64,000 nucleotides of DNA from Podarcis vaucheri (taxonomy: Eukaryota): the NCBI GenBank assembly GCA_965113315.1, contig OZ220364.1. One strand, 5' to 3'. Position 1 is the stretch's first letter. Each line of letters opens with the position of its first letter. The position numbers were made by a program, and so were the translations under genes. Shown here in pieces: positions 1 through 13,967 of the stretch. The notes under the pieces are model-generated. The model did not search any database, was not told where the DNA came from, and saw nothing but the letters and a program-made list of their open reading frames with translations.

Positions 1-2010
1 TGCAAGGAGGGGGGGAAGGAGGGGGAAGATACTGAAAGACTCTTAAAAAAATAGTTTTTCTGCCATAGATCATCATTTTTAATGATAAGGTATCTTCCTA
101 CCATGAGTGAGTGCAGCTTTTAAAAGGGAAGAAGCATTGTAATATTTGATGCCTGCCACCTCCCCTTCCTCAACACAACAACCACACAAGCAGCTAGTGC
201 CTTTTCAAAGCCCAGCATTGTTCTGTTCAATTCATTCTTGGCCTATTGTTGGCCACTCTCCTTTGACTGACATGTGACATTCTTGTCTTCATGGATGGGG
301 AAGCAAAGCTCTTGATGGTTATTGACATAAGAAAATGTCATGTCTGAATATGTTTTAGTAGGACCTTTCTCTCTTGGTTCCACCTTCTTCCCCCTCCCCT
401 CCTGTCACACAGTTTGCTACATTTAATGCCATGAAAGTCCTTAAAAAAAAAAAAGGACTCATCATCTAAACCCTTAATTATTCTCAAGGGTTTTCAAGTG
501 GTACTTAATTGCCAGACAACATTGAAAATCACATTTGCAGCAAGTCTCTCTTGCAAGGCAGAACACACCACATCGGCCTTTCTGTACATGAGGGTGGCTG
601 AAAGTACAACATGTCTTTGTGGCTCAAAATATAACACTACAGGTCCCTAGTCAACAATGGTGAAGGCAGCGCTGCTAAGAAGCTAAAGACGAAGGGCTAA
701 AATAAAGTGGCGATCAATTCCTGAAGGTTTCTACTTTAAAACACCCCAAGTTGTGGTCCTGGCTATGTGGGAAATTGGTCTTGCACAACCTCTGACCATG
801 CAGTGTGATGATGCAGTAATTGCAGGGTGTGCTAAGGCAGTCTATGGAACTAGTGTGGATGCTTCAAAGCTACAACTGCACAAGAAGCAGCGATATTTTA
901 ATAGCAGTGGTTTCTGGCCAACTGCATTCTCCATTCTGCTCAGAGCAGACTCACTGAAACGGATGGAGCTAACGTCATATTTCCAGTGTGTCTACTCTGA
1001 GTAGCACTGGATGCAAGGCAATTCACCTAATGAGTTCCGTCAGCAGAAGACCTGTGCAAGGATTTCTGATAGTGCAGTGAGGCTTTCCACATCTTCCCCC
1101 TACAACCCCTGAAATTAGCTTACAGGGGTGGGAGAACACCTAAAACAGCACAAGGGGTGGGGGGAAGAGGGGATATTGTTCCATTTGACAAGCTGAAATG
1201 CTTGGGAATTCAACATTGAATTCCTCCTTTGTGGACACCTGTATCGGGCACAACCTGGACAAAAATCACGTGCCACGTTGACTGGTTTTAGAAGAGGTAG
1301 CTTTTATTTTCAGCCCATTTTACCCCCCTTTTTGGCCTCAGGTATTGTGGAATTCAAAAGCTATAATATCATTAAAAATAAACGCAATGGGTTTCTTTTC
1401 CCTGTGAGGAAACACCTTCATGACAGCAGATGGCAATTTGCTAAAGGCTTAGCATAGACGACTACCATTTTCCAAGGGTCCTCCGACTGTCACTTAAAAC
1501 AGTGCAGCAGCCACTGAACACTCTGTGGGGAGGGAAGGAGGAGAAAAGTGGAAAAGCTGAAGTCATCACGTGGTCCTGGACAGCAGCACTCAGGAGGATT
1601 TTCTGTACATAAACTTCTGATGCAGTGAGACTTTGGAATGACACAATCACAACCACCTTTCACTCATTCCACCTCAAGTTTTTAGAGGAGTGGGGGGTGG
1701 GGGTGGATGTAGAATTAAAAGTCCTCCCCAGACACAGAAATAGCTTTTACGGCACTGGTTTTCACACATAAAACAAGGGGTTACGTAGCTGGTGGTGCGA
1801 AAGCTCAAATAGGTCTCATCTGGAATGCACTGGGAGTGGTTTAATTTAATTTAGTAATTGGCATTGGTCAATTTCTGTGCTTGCATGAATGATTATCATC
1901 AACTCAGCAGATGTGACACAGATTCAGTACCTCTCCTTGGGTTTTACCAAAGGGCACTGAAAGTCAGGGATTCTGAAAGCTTTGACGGTTTAGGACTAGG
2001 ATTGGTTTGA

Positions 2011-2160
2011 GGAAGGGCTAGAGTAACAGAGCATCTTTTTTGCATTAAGGAGGTTCCTGGTTCAATTCCTGAACCCCTGAGGAGCTACTTCCAGTGTAGA
2101 CAACACTGAGATAGATGGACCAAAAGTCTGACTTGCCATAAAGCAGCTTCCTATGTTCCT
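2011..2160 (+). mobile_element. Degenerate tRNA-derived SINE (…TAGATGGACCAA…GCAGCTTCCTATGTTCCT tail)
   Basis: tRNA-like head with B-box-like GGTTCAATTCC and a tail shared with 48545-48663. Confidence 0.7.
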
Positions 2161-4721
2161 GTGGTGCAGCACATAAGTCAAGAAGAGATCAAGGCCAAGT
2201 TTGCAGGAGATGGATGGACTGGGGTTTAGTCTCATTGTTCTACCTAGTGTACCATGCTGTAGCTTGGCACACTCATAAAGCCAGTTCAAGTGGCGCATAC
2301 TGACAGTAAGCCAGCACATACAAGACAACAGATTTCTCACTTGCGCCTGTTGCACAACAAAGAAAGCAGTTCAACCTGTGACAATCAGAAGGCACCTGGA
2401 ACTCACGCAGCACTTCCAAGGCTAATGTTTTATCACATGGCTCTGTTCTCCCCTCAGTCCAGGTGAATGGCACACTTCTTTAACTGCTTCAGAAGGAATC
2501 TATAGACTACTACATCCTCTACTGTAAGAGATGCTGTCACTGCCGATATTTTGCATTTGTCCATTTCTTGGTGCAAAATTTCGCTCTGTTTCTAGCCCTC
2601 TAGATAGGTTTTTATAAAGAATAAAACTGCAAACTTTGTTGGGAACACATGTGGCGCTTTAGAGCTACTTTGTAAAATCCTTGGTGTTACCAAGATGGTA
2701 GCATCAACAGGTTTGCCTACTTTCAGTTTTTAATATACTGAAAGGAGACAGAGCCATGGCAGCTGGCATCAAAGGCACAACCTAGAGTCTAGAAGCTTTT
2801 CAACCTCAAAATGATGTTCTAAATGACACAGGAGAGGTGCTCTTTACTAGCTGGACCAGTAAATTACAATTAAATAACAGACCGGCCACCCTAAGTGGCA
2901 TTGAGACTGATGTTGCCTTCTTTGGGATCACTTTATTTGCGGTTCCTGAAAATGTATGAAATGCAAGGCAGCTACGTATCTTTTTTGACAATACAAAAAA
3001 AGTGCAATTTGCTAGCTCAGTGAGAATGCAGCCAAAACAACTCTGCCTTTGCCAGCCAACCGTATTTAGGAACGGTACCTTGAAGGCCCCAGCACTGAAG
3101 ATCCCTTAAACAGCAAAGCACTTTTGGGATTCCACTATGCGGTACACCAACCACAGTGAACAATACTAAATAGATTTCACCTAAAAACACTGTTCAGAAT
3201 TCTTTATTGACATCAGTGAGACTTCTCCCCAGGAACAAGCTTGAGGACAGTCTCCTAATCCCTATCATTTCTCTTCAGCTGTAAATATCTTCCTATGGCC
3301 CCCAGATTACTCCTCTGTGTTTGGCGAAAAACTGAAATGTCCTTGGTAACTGCCTTAGGAGCGGGATTGTGTGCATTTATCTGTATTGTAAAGCATCTGT
3401 CTCCCGCAGTAAACAAATTGCCACTAATATAATTATTACTATTATTGTTTCCTATAGCACTGAAATATAATTTTGGAACAATTCAGTCCCCCTCAGTGCA
3501 CAATTACAATTAAGCAGAAGTCAGTGATATTCCAAAGCTGTCATTTGACTCATTATTTCTTGGAACTGGCCATAGTTAACATCACCATATTTAAAATGGG
3601 TTGAAATATACACTCTGCCTGAAATATACACTCTGCCAGTTATCACACCCATTAGCTAAAGGCCAAAGAATGCAAATTAAATGGAAACAACAACAGCCGC
3701 AGCCACAGTAACACAGCTTGGGAATATTGTGTTTTGGAATAATAGGGGGGTATTTGTTTTGTTTTGTTTTTTTGCTCTATCTATTGTCAGCCAGTTTCCT
3801 GAAAGACCATTTATATGTTTTATATACATACCATCAGCCTGATATCTTCGACACTCTTTACATCTTGTGTAATACACTTAAGGAGCCAGTGCTTCTTAGA
3901 CATTGGAACTAGACATATATTTCAAGCTAGCTCCGAAAACTATATCTGTATCTACCTATGTTTGAATGCAGACCATATGTTGAACCAGAGAGCCATCTGG
4001 CAACCCCTCCCACTAGCATCTGCAAATGTGGATCTGTGCTTCACAGTGTGGGCTTTCAGGGCTGGGCTTTGATTTGTTGCCCTTTGTGCTCGGCACTGCA
4101 TTATTAGCGTAAAAGTGAAAGTGAGATGCTGCAAGAAAATAAAACTGAAAACCAGCCTTCATCCCAGAGAGTTAGCAGAGTGATTAACAGGCTGGATGTG
4201 AGAATGAGGCCCCGGGTGCAGTTGGAGGATAGATGTACATATGCCCTCTCTTGCTCCCATAGTGAGCCTTGCATAATTTTCATTCATTTGTTTTGATCAG
4301 ACCTGTCAGTGTAGCATATCCTCCCAGCTTACACATTCAACTACTTCTCCGTTAGGCTTTCTAGTACATCCAGAGGTTCAACACTGGACAAATGGTAATA
4401 TCTGAATGGTGTAATTTCAAATGTTGAAAGAAAAAGAGCGCTGATCTATGCTATCTGCTCACAAAGTATAGTTTTTGGCAGAAGAGGGCAGATTTTTTTC
4501 ATATAAATTAATCCAATGGAGGACATCATCACACCAGACCCTGCATAAGTCATTTGGTCAGAGCAATTCTAACAGCTTCACAGTGGAGATCTAAACTCTC
4601 ACTATTATTATTATTTTAAAAAATGTATACATATCAGAGGATATTGGAATCATAAGACAGGCCGATCTACATTGACAGGCCAGTTGTACTGATGGTATGA
4701 GCCTGTAGGTCTACAGTGGTC

Positions 4722-5172
4722 CTAACGTAAGAAGAGTTATTCTGGGTCAAAAGTACATCTCGTTCAGCATCCTGTTTTCTCCCAGTGGCCAACCTGATGC
4801 CTCTAGGAAGCCTAAAAGAAGGATATGGCTGCTATAGGACATTCTCACTTGTGTTCCTCAAGGCATGTTGCAATATATCATCATGACTGGCGCCCATTGA
4901 CACTCGTATCCTCCATTAATTTGTATAATCTCCTTTTAAAGCCATCCAAGTTGGAAGCCATCTAGACATCTTCTGGCAGCAAATTCCATTCATGGATGAC
5001 CATGAATTCTAGTATTATGAGAGAGGGAGAAAATGTCTATCCACTTTATCTACACTGTGCATAATTTTATGTACCTTTATCCTGCTCAAGCCCCACCCCC
5101 ATACTGCATTACTATAAGCAAAAAAGCTCCAAACTTTGCAACCTCACAGAGGAGTTGCTCCAGTCCCTTGTT
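4722..5172 (-). mobile_element. CR1 LINE 3' fragment, degenerate
   Basis: AACGTAAGAAGAG…CAGCATCCTGTT…CAGTGGCCAACC…CTTTTAAAGCCATCCAAGTTGG…TGCATAATTTTAT is the reverse complement of the squamate CR1 3' end. Confidence 0.75.
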
Positions 5173-5609
5173 TATTAATACTTGGGGGCATTAATAAGGT
5201 ACTGGTTTTTGTGGCCATGTCTTTTGTGCTAGCAATCTGTGTCCATCCTGTGGTTTTGAGGGGATACAGCAATGTTTATATGGAAGGTGCTAAATAGCAC
5301 TCCCACAGGAACATGTCAGCTACAAAACAGGCTTTTCTCACAGAACAAGCACAAACTCTTGTCTATTGAGGGGATACTAGATTTCAGAGTTCTTGCATAA
5401 CAGCCCTTGTTCTTCTGGCATAATTCAGCTGATTGCAGTCAGAAACCTGGATCCCTGTATTGGCCCAATCGCTCAATAACCAAGGAAATAAGCTTCCCCA
5501 CTAGTCTAAAGTGAAGATTTACAAAGTTCCCTGGGAAGGGGGATTGGTTGTTAAACCACTCTGGAAACTGCAGCTTTGTGAGGGGAATAAAGCTTTTAAT
5601 GTAAAAGGG

Positions 5610-5708
5610 AAGCTTTTAATGTTTGATGTATTATAGTATTTTAATATTTTTGGGGAAGCCACCCAGAGTGGCTGGGGAAGCCCAGCCAGATGGGTGGGGT
5701 ATAAATAA

Positions 5709-5751
<43 letters not shown>
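5610..5751 (+). mobile_element. Lacertid L2-type 3' end with (TTA)n tail, inserted into a MITE
   Basis: GGAAGCCACCCAGAGTGGCTGGGGAAGCCCAGCCAGATGGGTGGGGTATAAATAA followed by (TTA)n at 5709-5751. Confidence 0.7.
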
Positions 5752-5752
<1 letters not shown>

Positions 5753-5976
5753 TCAGCACTTTTAACAATCTGTGGTTTCCAGGATCCTTGTGAGAGAAGC
5801 CATACATGTTTCCCTCATGGGAAGTGGTGTGATTCTGTTTTTAATGTCTAGTGCACATGGGGCCTGCGTCTAACTGAGATGAACCTTGTTTCGACCAATT
5901 TCAGCAGGGTGCTCAGACATAGGCATCTGAAAGCATCCTCTGACCGGCAAGCTATTTGTGTGATTACATTTCTAGC

Positions 5977-6131
5977 CATGGGCATAGCTGGGGGGGAGGG
6001 AGGGGCAGCTCCCCCCTCCAAAAACCCAATACAATTCAATTAAAATACATAGCAAACTGAGGTTCTGCCCCCCCCTAACAAAAGGCCTGCCCCCTAACAA
6101 AAGGTCTGCTCCCCCCCAAAAAACATCCATG
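5977..6131 (+). mobile_element. hAT-type MITE (CATGGGCATAGC… ends)
   Basis: CATGG…CCATG termini, perfect 8-bp TSD TTTCTAGC. Confidence 0.85.
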
Positions 6132-7513
6132 TTTCTAGCACCCTCTTAGCCTATGCAATTACTTTATCCTAGTCCTGTCGCTGTTTGGTATGACTGCTGC
6201 TGTACTGTAACCACCTCTGTCTACCCTAGCCAAAGAGAACCAGCGGCTCTAAAAATTAACTACAGGAGAAGGCTGTCGTTCAAGGCTCGGTTATTTACAA
6301 AGTCCGAGATATCTGATTCTGCCATTTCCTCCACGTATCCCATGCCACTGCAACCCTTGGGATATTAGTTCTCCCCTTTGTCCAAATGCCTGATTATCTG
6401 AATATTTTGGATGTCTCCCAAGCCATTTGGCCCAAAGAAAGTGGACTGTAGTGTATCATATAACTCCGTCCTTGGTAAAAACTCAAAAACAAAAGCATTT
6501 ACTAATGAGTTCTCTCAAAGCAGAACAATCCCTAATCCAGATCTAAGAAGAGCCAGCTATTTCCAAAGTCAAATGCCCAAACACAAGGGACAGGCAAAAA
6601 TTTGTGACCAACGCAGTAGAAAGGGCCAGGCAGCCTACCATTAAAGGCTGCAGACTTCCCAGTTCTAATTGATTTGAAAGGGTGTTGCTAGCGTGCAGGC
6701 TTGGCTTTTATCAGCTGGGAGGAGGGAATCAATCTGCTGCACTGTTTAGAAGCGTATGAGATCTTCATCCTCAAAGTCCAGGGTGGCTTTGGCATAATAA
6801 AGAGCCTATCTCTTCATCATGGTAATGCTCGCAACCCAGCAATATGAGCTCATAGCAGCAGGCCTCGGCACTCAGAATTCCTCCGTTTAAAAGGTGTCAC
6901 CGATTAAACTATCGCATTTCAAAGGGCTCCCATACAGTAAATAGGAAAGAAAAGGAAGAAAGGGAGCTGTGGCCTTTTGTTAGTCAAAAAGCTATGGAAA
7001 GTGATAATTAACCCATTTTTTTTTTGTATTGAGAAATCATTTGGACAAAAGTCAAGGCATTGCCACCCTGTCAATTGTGAAGTCTAGATAAGGACATTAT
7101 ATCCTGCGGAACAAAGAGTGACTGAAGAGGCTGAATGGAAACTAGGCCACTCTACTACTACTACTTTTCCTAACCCCTCTGAAAAGAGACTTTTCCCCCT
7201 CCCTCCCCCACCCCCCCAAAAACCCCAGCGGTGGCAGAGGATGGAATGCTCCCTCCTTCCATATATATAGATAGATAGATATAGATATAAAAAACATTGA
7301 CTATGGTGCATGTTTTTGCATTCTGTTAAATATTCAGAGATACCATGCAATTAGCATGTCATTAATGAATAATTAATTGCAGCTAAAGCAGCCTTCAGAT
7401 TTTTGCAGCTAAATTATTTAAACAGCAAATATAACAATAGAAAGCATATTCCCACCCCCTCCTGCATATTCCCACCCACCCCTTTGAGCAATGTGCAAGT
7501 CAAAAGCATATGT

Positions 7514-7552
7514 TGTGTGTGTGTGTGTGTGTGTGTAGGTAGGTAGGTAGGT
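7514..7552. repeat. (TG)n(AGGT)4 compound microsatellite
   Basis: Direct reading. Confidence 0.95.
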
Positions 7553-10500
7553 ATATACCTAAGGGTGGGTTCACAATCTTTCCCCTTGATCCAAGTTGTT
7601 TCAGCCTTCAATGCACTTCCCACCCTCGCCAACTTTCACTGAAGAAAAAAAGAATGCATTATTTTTAGAATGAATGAGTTCTTTTTTATATAAGCATCCA
7701 GAAAAACTAAAAGGCAGTTTGAGCAGCACAGATTCCAGCAAAAAAAAAACTTTTAAAAGATAAGCATATTTATTGCTCTGTGGGACAATGTTAAGATTTA
7801 ATAATTCTTAGTATTCTTCCTTTGATACAGTTTGACTGTTAAAATGTTCACTGGGTCTATTGACAGCTATTTGGCCATTACAAACTACCACCGTTAAATA
7901 GGAAGTAATTTCTTGCCACTTGCTGATATACATCACCAGTAAGACGTTGGTTTATATTTATAAGCTGCACATCTGTGGATCAGTTGGCTTATCCATCTGT
8001 TAGCTGCACCAGTAAACAGTAAGTCAATGTGCAGCTCCCTCATCCACCCCATCTATCATGAATGCTTCCTTGAACTGTATATTTACGTGTAACAAAGCTC
8101 TACTTAAGCAAGTAAGTACGTCTTGAGAATGGGCACAATGCAACCCTGACTTTTATGCTGTGGCTCAGTGCTCAAACATTATTTTGCCTTCTTTGGTTCT
8201 GGCTTACAGTCCAGCTGGATCATCTCCTGGGGCAAAGCCTATTGACATGAATAGGACCTGTACAAAAAAAACCCCTTCATGAGTATCTCTTGAAAGAACT
8301 GCTGCTTTTTCAGTGGAACTTTTACAGAAGTTCCCAGTGGCTCAGATATTTTAAAGAGAGAAAATACCCCTCCCTGGGGACTTACAAGTAACTGTTGTGC
8401 ATTGCTATCCTCTTACTTTAATCAGTACTGGCAATGAGATATTGTTCACCATTGCACCTGAATCATTTATTTATTTTATGTATTAAATCTGTATACTGCC
8501 CTTCATCCGCAGATCTCAAGGCAGTTCACAACATAATGTTGGACAAATATTGTGAGGATGCAGGACACACTACATAACACCCCCACCTGTTATCTGAGGC
8601 GGTCATCTCATTCATCTCAATGATAGGGCCGGCCCTGCATGGCAAGACTTTTCAAGTCTGAGCAGCCAAAATTGGAATTGCAGCTCAAATCCCGACAGCT
8701 CTTTGCTGGGTTGGTTTTCCGAAGAGCTTAGCATGCTGGTGAAATGGAAGATGAGAAGTTTGGGAAATTCGACCCACAGCCTAAAGTGCAAAGAAAATGT
8801 GAAAGCCCTCCTGAAGTTAATAGGAGCTATGTAAGAGCATAGTACTGCTCTCACGAAACTGCCATTTGTTTCAATGGGGCTTGTATATGAGGGATTTTTC
8901 CAGTGTAAACGGTGCTACAGATATAAATAGTCCAGGAAGCAGGCCAATTACACTGCAAATCAAATTCAGTCTCCCAGTGGGTGCAGAAGAATACATTGGC
9001 CCAGTTCAGATTATCATCTTAACTGTGGTTCAAGGTTTTGGGGTAGTTTTTTGTGGGGGGTTTTTAAGAGTGAGCTATGGCAAGTCTTTGGGTTATATGC
9101 TCCACTTCCTTTCATGCAAAAGAATAAAAGAGTGGCATTTTCTATTTTCATCTTAGAACAAACCACAGTTGTGTGTGACAGTAGTGTCATTATATAGTTG
9201 AGTCACTAGGTGGCATTGCACTTGGTTATATCTGCATGGATCAGAAGTTTCCTATATCTGCCCTATTTGAAGAGAAGTAGGATGAGCCAGTATGGTGGTG
9301 TGCTGCTGCACCACAGCCCGCCTGACAGCATCACTGCTGCTGCTTACTGGAACAGTGTGGAGGTGGGCCAGGGCAGTGGTGAGGTTAGGGCTGTGCTGGT
9401 AGACCAGTGGAGCCATTTACCCCCTAATCGTAAAGAGAGGTGATACCGTTCTTGGGTAGCCGATGTGTTCTATAAGCCCTCCATGGCATGGGTAGCCTAG
9501 TCAGGGAACTGCTAGCTGCTCATGTCAACAAACCAGAATCAAGCTGTAGTGTCAGCTTCAGCTTTTTTAAACAACAACAACAACTAGCTTGGGTTAGCAC
9601 ATACTACAGTTTCTCAGGTTGATATGTAACATGGAACTGTGGTTTGTTTTATAGTAAAGCAAGAAGCCTTTACTTCTCTCACATGCAAACCAGCAGAGGA
9701 AAAAGAGTGCGAACGTCCAAGGCTCACTACAGCTCATTCCCTATAATATTGTAAACCATCCCTTGCCAATGTGGCCCTCCAGGTGGTTTGGACTACAAAT
9801 CCCATAAGCCATGCTAGCAGCAGCTATGCTGATCTGAACAATGATTTATGTTATTTGAACCAAGTCAGTATTCAGAATCATATATTGGGCAGGCCCCAAA
9901 CACTTGGTTCTCAAAAGTCAACAGTTGTCAAAAGCTTTTAACAAAATGTGGTCTATTTTAATAAATATGTTAAAGTTTTCTACAGTTTTCTTTACTGCCA
10001 TCTTGTATGAATTTGATCTATCACATATGCTATTACAGGATATGATCAACAGTGAATGTAGTCTATAAATATTTTAATTAATAAATGAAATGAAATAAGA
10101 AGGCACACTCTTTCTCTCTCTCTGTTTTGGTGTCCAAAATGCTAACAGAGTTTCAATGAGTCATAAAAGTACCCCTCTTGCTTACAGTATCACCCTTTAT
10201 TCAGGAAACATTACACCTTTTTTGCATAATAGGGGATTTTGAACCATTTTTTTCAAGTTGTTAATGTACTCTTGTGTACAATGTGATGCTCAACTTCATA
10301 ATGCATTTTGTTATGCCATTTATGTTCTCTGAGGAACTGAAAGTAGAACTTATCTCTCTGTTTATTGTGCTGAGGCAAATGGTAACATTTTCCACTTGAT
10401 TAAGCATCATTTTCTCCATTTCTCCAGGCATTTTAAGCCCTGCTTACTGCCTGACATTCGGTAAATGTTTCTATCAATGCATCCTTGATCCTGGGGTCTG

Positions 10501-11298
10501 CAGCCCTCCGTATCTAAAACAAAATCAAGTTGCATTTTAAGTAAAAGGATGAATCTCAAGAAACATAAATTTGGTCACTTTGGAAAAGAGTTTCTGGCAA
10601 AGGTGTTCATGTGTGTTATTCAGAACAGGACAGTGTATTTCTAGAATCTCAAATAAAGGGCCCGAAAACACAACCCAGTGTTAGCTTCTATTCAGTAACT
10701 CTATTGGCCATTCCTAGCAACTAGTTATAGCCACACCTATTTGCACAAACTGTTCCAAATAGTTGCCAGGAATTTTCAGAACATCATATCTTGCAAACTA
10801 GCTGCTTCCAAGTTCAGCATCTGTTATTTTTCTAAAATATAGTTTGGCAATTCCTCCACTTTCTCAAGTATTTCTAAAGAAAATTCCAGCATGGCGCACC
10901 ATTTTTTCTTCAGAAAAGGAGATCCCACTAGGATAGCCATTTCCCCAGGCCTCTATGAAGTCATTAACCTATTTTACTAACAGAAAATCAAAGCCAAAAG
11001 AACATGACAGTTCATGGCTGAGCGGCACCTCCAACAAGTCCCAGTCCAACAGTCCATTCATTAGAAACCATTCTCAACACATTGGCCAATTACCCAAGAT
11101 TATCCAGAGACACAAGTTTGGCGGACGGACCCTTCTAATGACTTTTTGACCTTCTCTGGCAATTTTGCTACATATGCTTTTACCACTATTATCGAACTGC
11201 TTGGATGTTTGATCTTTTGCAACTAAATTTTGACAGACATGACTATGGTGGGTTTTTACACAGATGCAATGTGGTGGTTAGAGAAGTTAGAATAATAT

Positions 11299-11370
11299 AG
11301 AATCATAGAATTGTAGAATTGGAAAGGACCTCAAGGGTCAACTAGTCCAGCCTCCTGCAATGCAGGAATC
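11299..11370 (-). mobile_element. CR1-type 3' tail (LINE or partner SINE)
   Basis: AGAATCATAGAATTGTAGAATTGGAAAGGACC…CTAGTCCAGCCTCCTGCAATGCAGGAAT. Confidence 0.8.
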
Positions 11371-13901
11371 ACAGTGATCTCTCCACAGTCTTCTTTAGAA
11401 TAAACTGAATGTTGCAAATGTTAAATAGTGGTTTAATTACTACTGTGGCAACCCTGAAAGCTCTCATTTTCTCCTCCTCACATGTACCACAGGTTAGCAC
11501 AGTGCAAATTCCCCACTCTAACTCTAGACCTGACAGCTGATATCTAAAGTGAGGCTCATATCAACAACAGTGTAGAGTTCATTCTGACGGCTACTGCAGG
11601 TTTCCTATCTAGGAGTTCATTTTTGTGATGGCAGAGCCCAATTCAAGAATTGAAATCATACATAGGCTTGCCATACAACAGAAAAATTTCTGATACGTCC
11701 TGGTTTTGGAGTGTAAAACTAGCGCCGGGGGAATTGGCAAAATGTCAGGGGGAACCCGGGTGTATGGCAACGTGATGGGAAAAGCATCGGAAACAGCTCA
11801 AAAAGCTTAAAATCACTATTTTGGGGGTAGGTTTCCCCAGAAAAGCTCGACAATATTGGTGGAAATTTTACCTTTTGAAATATGTCAACCCTAATCATAT
11901 AGAACACTGTTCAGAACTGGAGAGAGAGAAAGAGAAAACTAGCCAGTGCCTAACTCTGAGCAGCTCAAATATAGAAAAACAAACTATGTTGGGGAAGGAA
12001 AAGGCAACCCCTGCCAAGGGGAGACAAACAAGCTCCTTGCAGATCTCTACTAAATTCACTAGATTTTAAGAAAGAATGTACAGTATCTCTTTCCCATTGC
12101 TCTCATAGAAACAACAATGCCCTTTTTCAATCTAGAAGGTATTTTTGAGAAGTGGCTACAAGAACTGGAATCAGAGGATCATATGAACAGGATTGTGCAG
12201 GATTTCATGTGTGTGTGTGTGACACACACACATGCACACAGGGCTTTATTCCACCACACTGTATTGCAGAGAAAGGAAGACAGGCATCTGTCAGAAAACA
12301 TCTCCCCACTGTATTGTGATTGATATCTGACAGAGCTCAGTGGGGTCCTAACTTAGATGAATTTAAATGACAAGACTTCCTTTATCAGCAATGGTGCTCC
12401 TGTTACAATAGAACAGCATGATTACTTCATAGAAAGAAGTAAAGGGAGAAAGAAATAAAGAAGAATCAAAGTTTGCCTCCTGAGCCCTGGTGGTATCACT
12501 GACCTGTCACTAGGTTGTGACCTCCCCTTGTTAATCCATGCAAATCAAATGGCTCCAATTTGTGCGGCTGATTGGCTCGCCTACGTCTTTTACCACAAGC
12601 ATCACAGGCCTCTGAAACTTACTCCACATTGCAATAATTGCATTTGAAAAAAATGACATGCATTCTGCCTTCCTCCATGCTATGTTACGGGCACTATATT
12701 CCCTTGCATCAGTTCATGATTAGTGTCAGAGATGGTTTCTGCATACACTACAATTACCACAACATCTTTCATCCTCCTCGTCCTTCTTTCCGCTTCCAAA
12801 AGCATCCCTGATCCTATGTCAAAATCTGGGCTTGACTGCCATCACAGCTTCACTAATAGTGGCCCAACTGCTTTTATGGCACAAAAAGTCCTTGTTATTC
12901 ACAGTAACAAGCACCGACTCCAACTGAGAGATATTATGTCAAACTCCAAGGCCAGTTACAAAACTTTCCCCATTCACAAAACTTGACAGACTCTGTACGC
13001 CAAAGGAGGGCATTTTCACACAAGATGCTTTTTCTTTTCTCTCTCTCTCCCTCTTTTTAAAAACTTGCCTTCCACATCCCACAAAGGGCCATAGAAGCTA
13101 TTTTGTCCAGGTTTGCTTAAACAAAAAAAAGTGCTTTGAATTGTGTCCCAATCAAGGATTCGCCTGCCTTTCTTTAACTCTCGAGCAAGTAAAACATCAT
13201 TCAGTCTGTGCCTTTTTACTATTGCCCTGACTTTTCACACAGCAGCTTTAAAAAAAGGATAAGGTAGGGAACAAAATTAATCCACGCATGTTCAAAATAG
13301 TTAAAGAAGGAACCTCTTACCAAACAAACCTATGCAATACAAACCTGCGAGTAAGCCCCATTGAGTTCAATGGCATATACTCCTAGCTATTGTTCAATGG
13401 CATTTATCCCCAGGTAAGCATTCAACAAGATTACATCCTCTGTTTCATATTATTTTACAGCATGCCTACAGCTGTGGTTTGCAACAAATCGATGTGTGCC
13501 TTGCAACTTTGCTGCTTTTGCAGTGGGCTTAGCCAGCTTTCCAAGCAAATGCTGAAGGTTGCCAGTAGTGACAGATTTGAACCAATGTTGATGGTAGTAG
13601 AGGAGCTAGTGGAAGTGATTTGATAAGCCTGAAACAGATTGAGGGGCGGTGTCGTTCCAAACATGTAAACAACAGTGTCAACAATGCAGCCTATCAGTAA
13701 ATGCAGCCTGCTTCTCAACCATCCATCTAATAACACTCTTTGCAGAAACAACAGCAAAAATCCTCACCATAATATTGACAAAGGGAAATGTAGGTTGCTG
13801 GTAGTGTGGTTGTTGTTTTTTTTAAACTTCTACAAATAAAAAACCTGCTGTGAAGTAGTGATTTGCTAAAGGGAATTCAAGGCCAAATGGGGCCAAACCT
13901 G

Positions 13902-13903
<2 letters not shown>

Positions 13904-13965
<62 letters not shown>
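13904..13965. repeat. (CT)n(CA)n compound microsatellite
   Basis: Direct reading. Confidence 0.95.

Positions 13966-13967
<2 letters not shown>

Noticed and set aside
1124-1139. 16-nt minus-strand exon-like site, and a similar one near 27125-27140
   Set aside because: Not a multiple of 3, weak donors, adjacent to repeat-like sequence.
3602-3637. 18-bp tandem duplication (similar ones near 42538, 45476 and 49016)
   Set aside because: Ordinary slippage duplications, not CRISPR-like or functional arrays.
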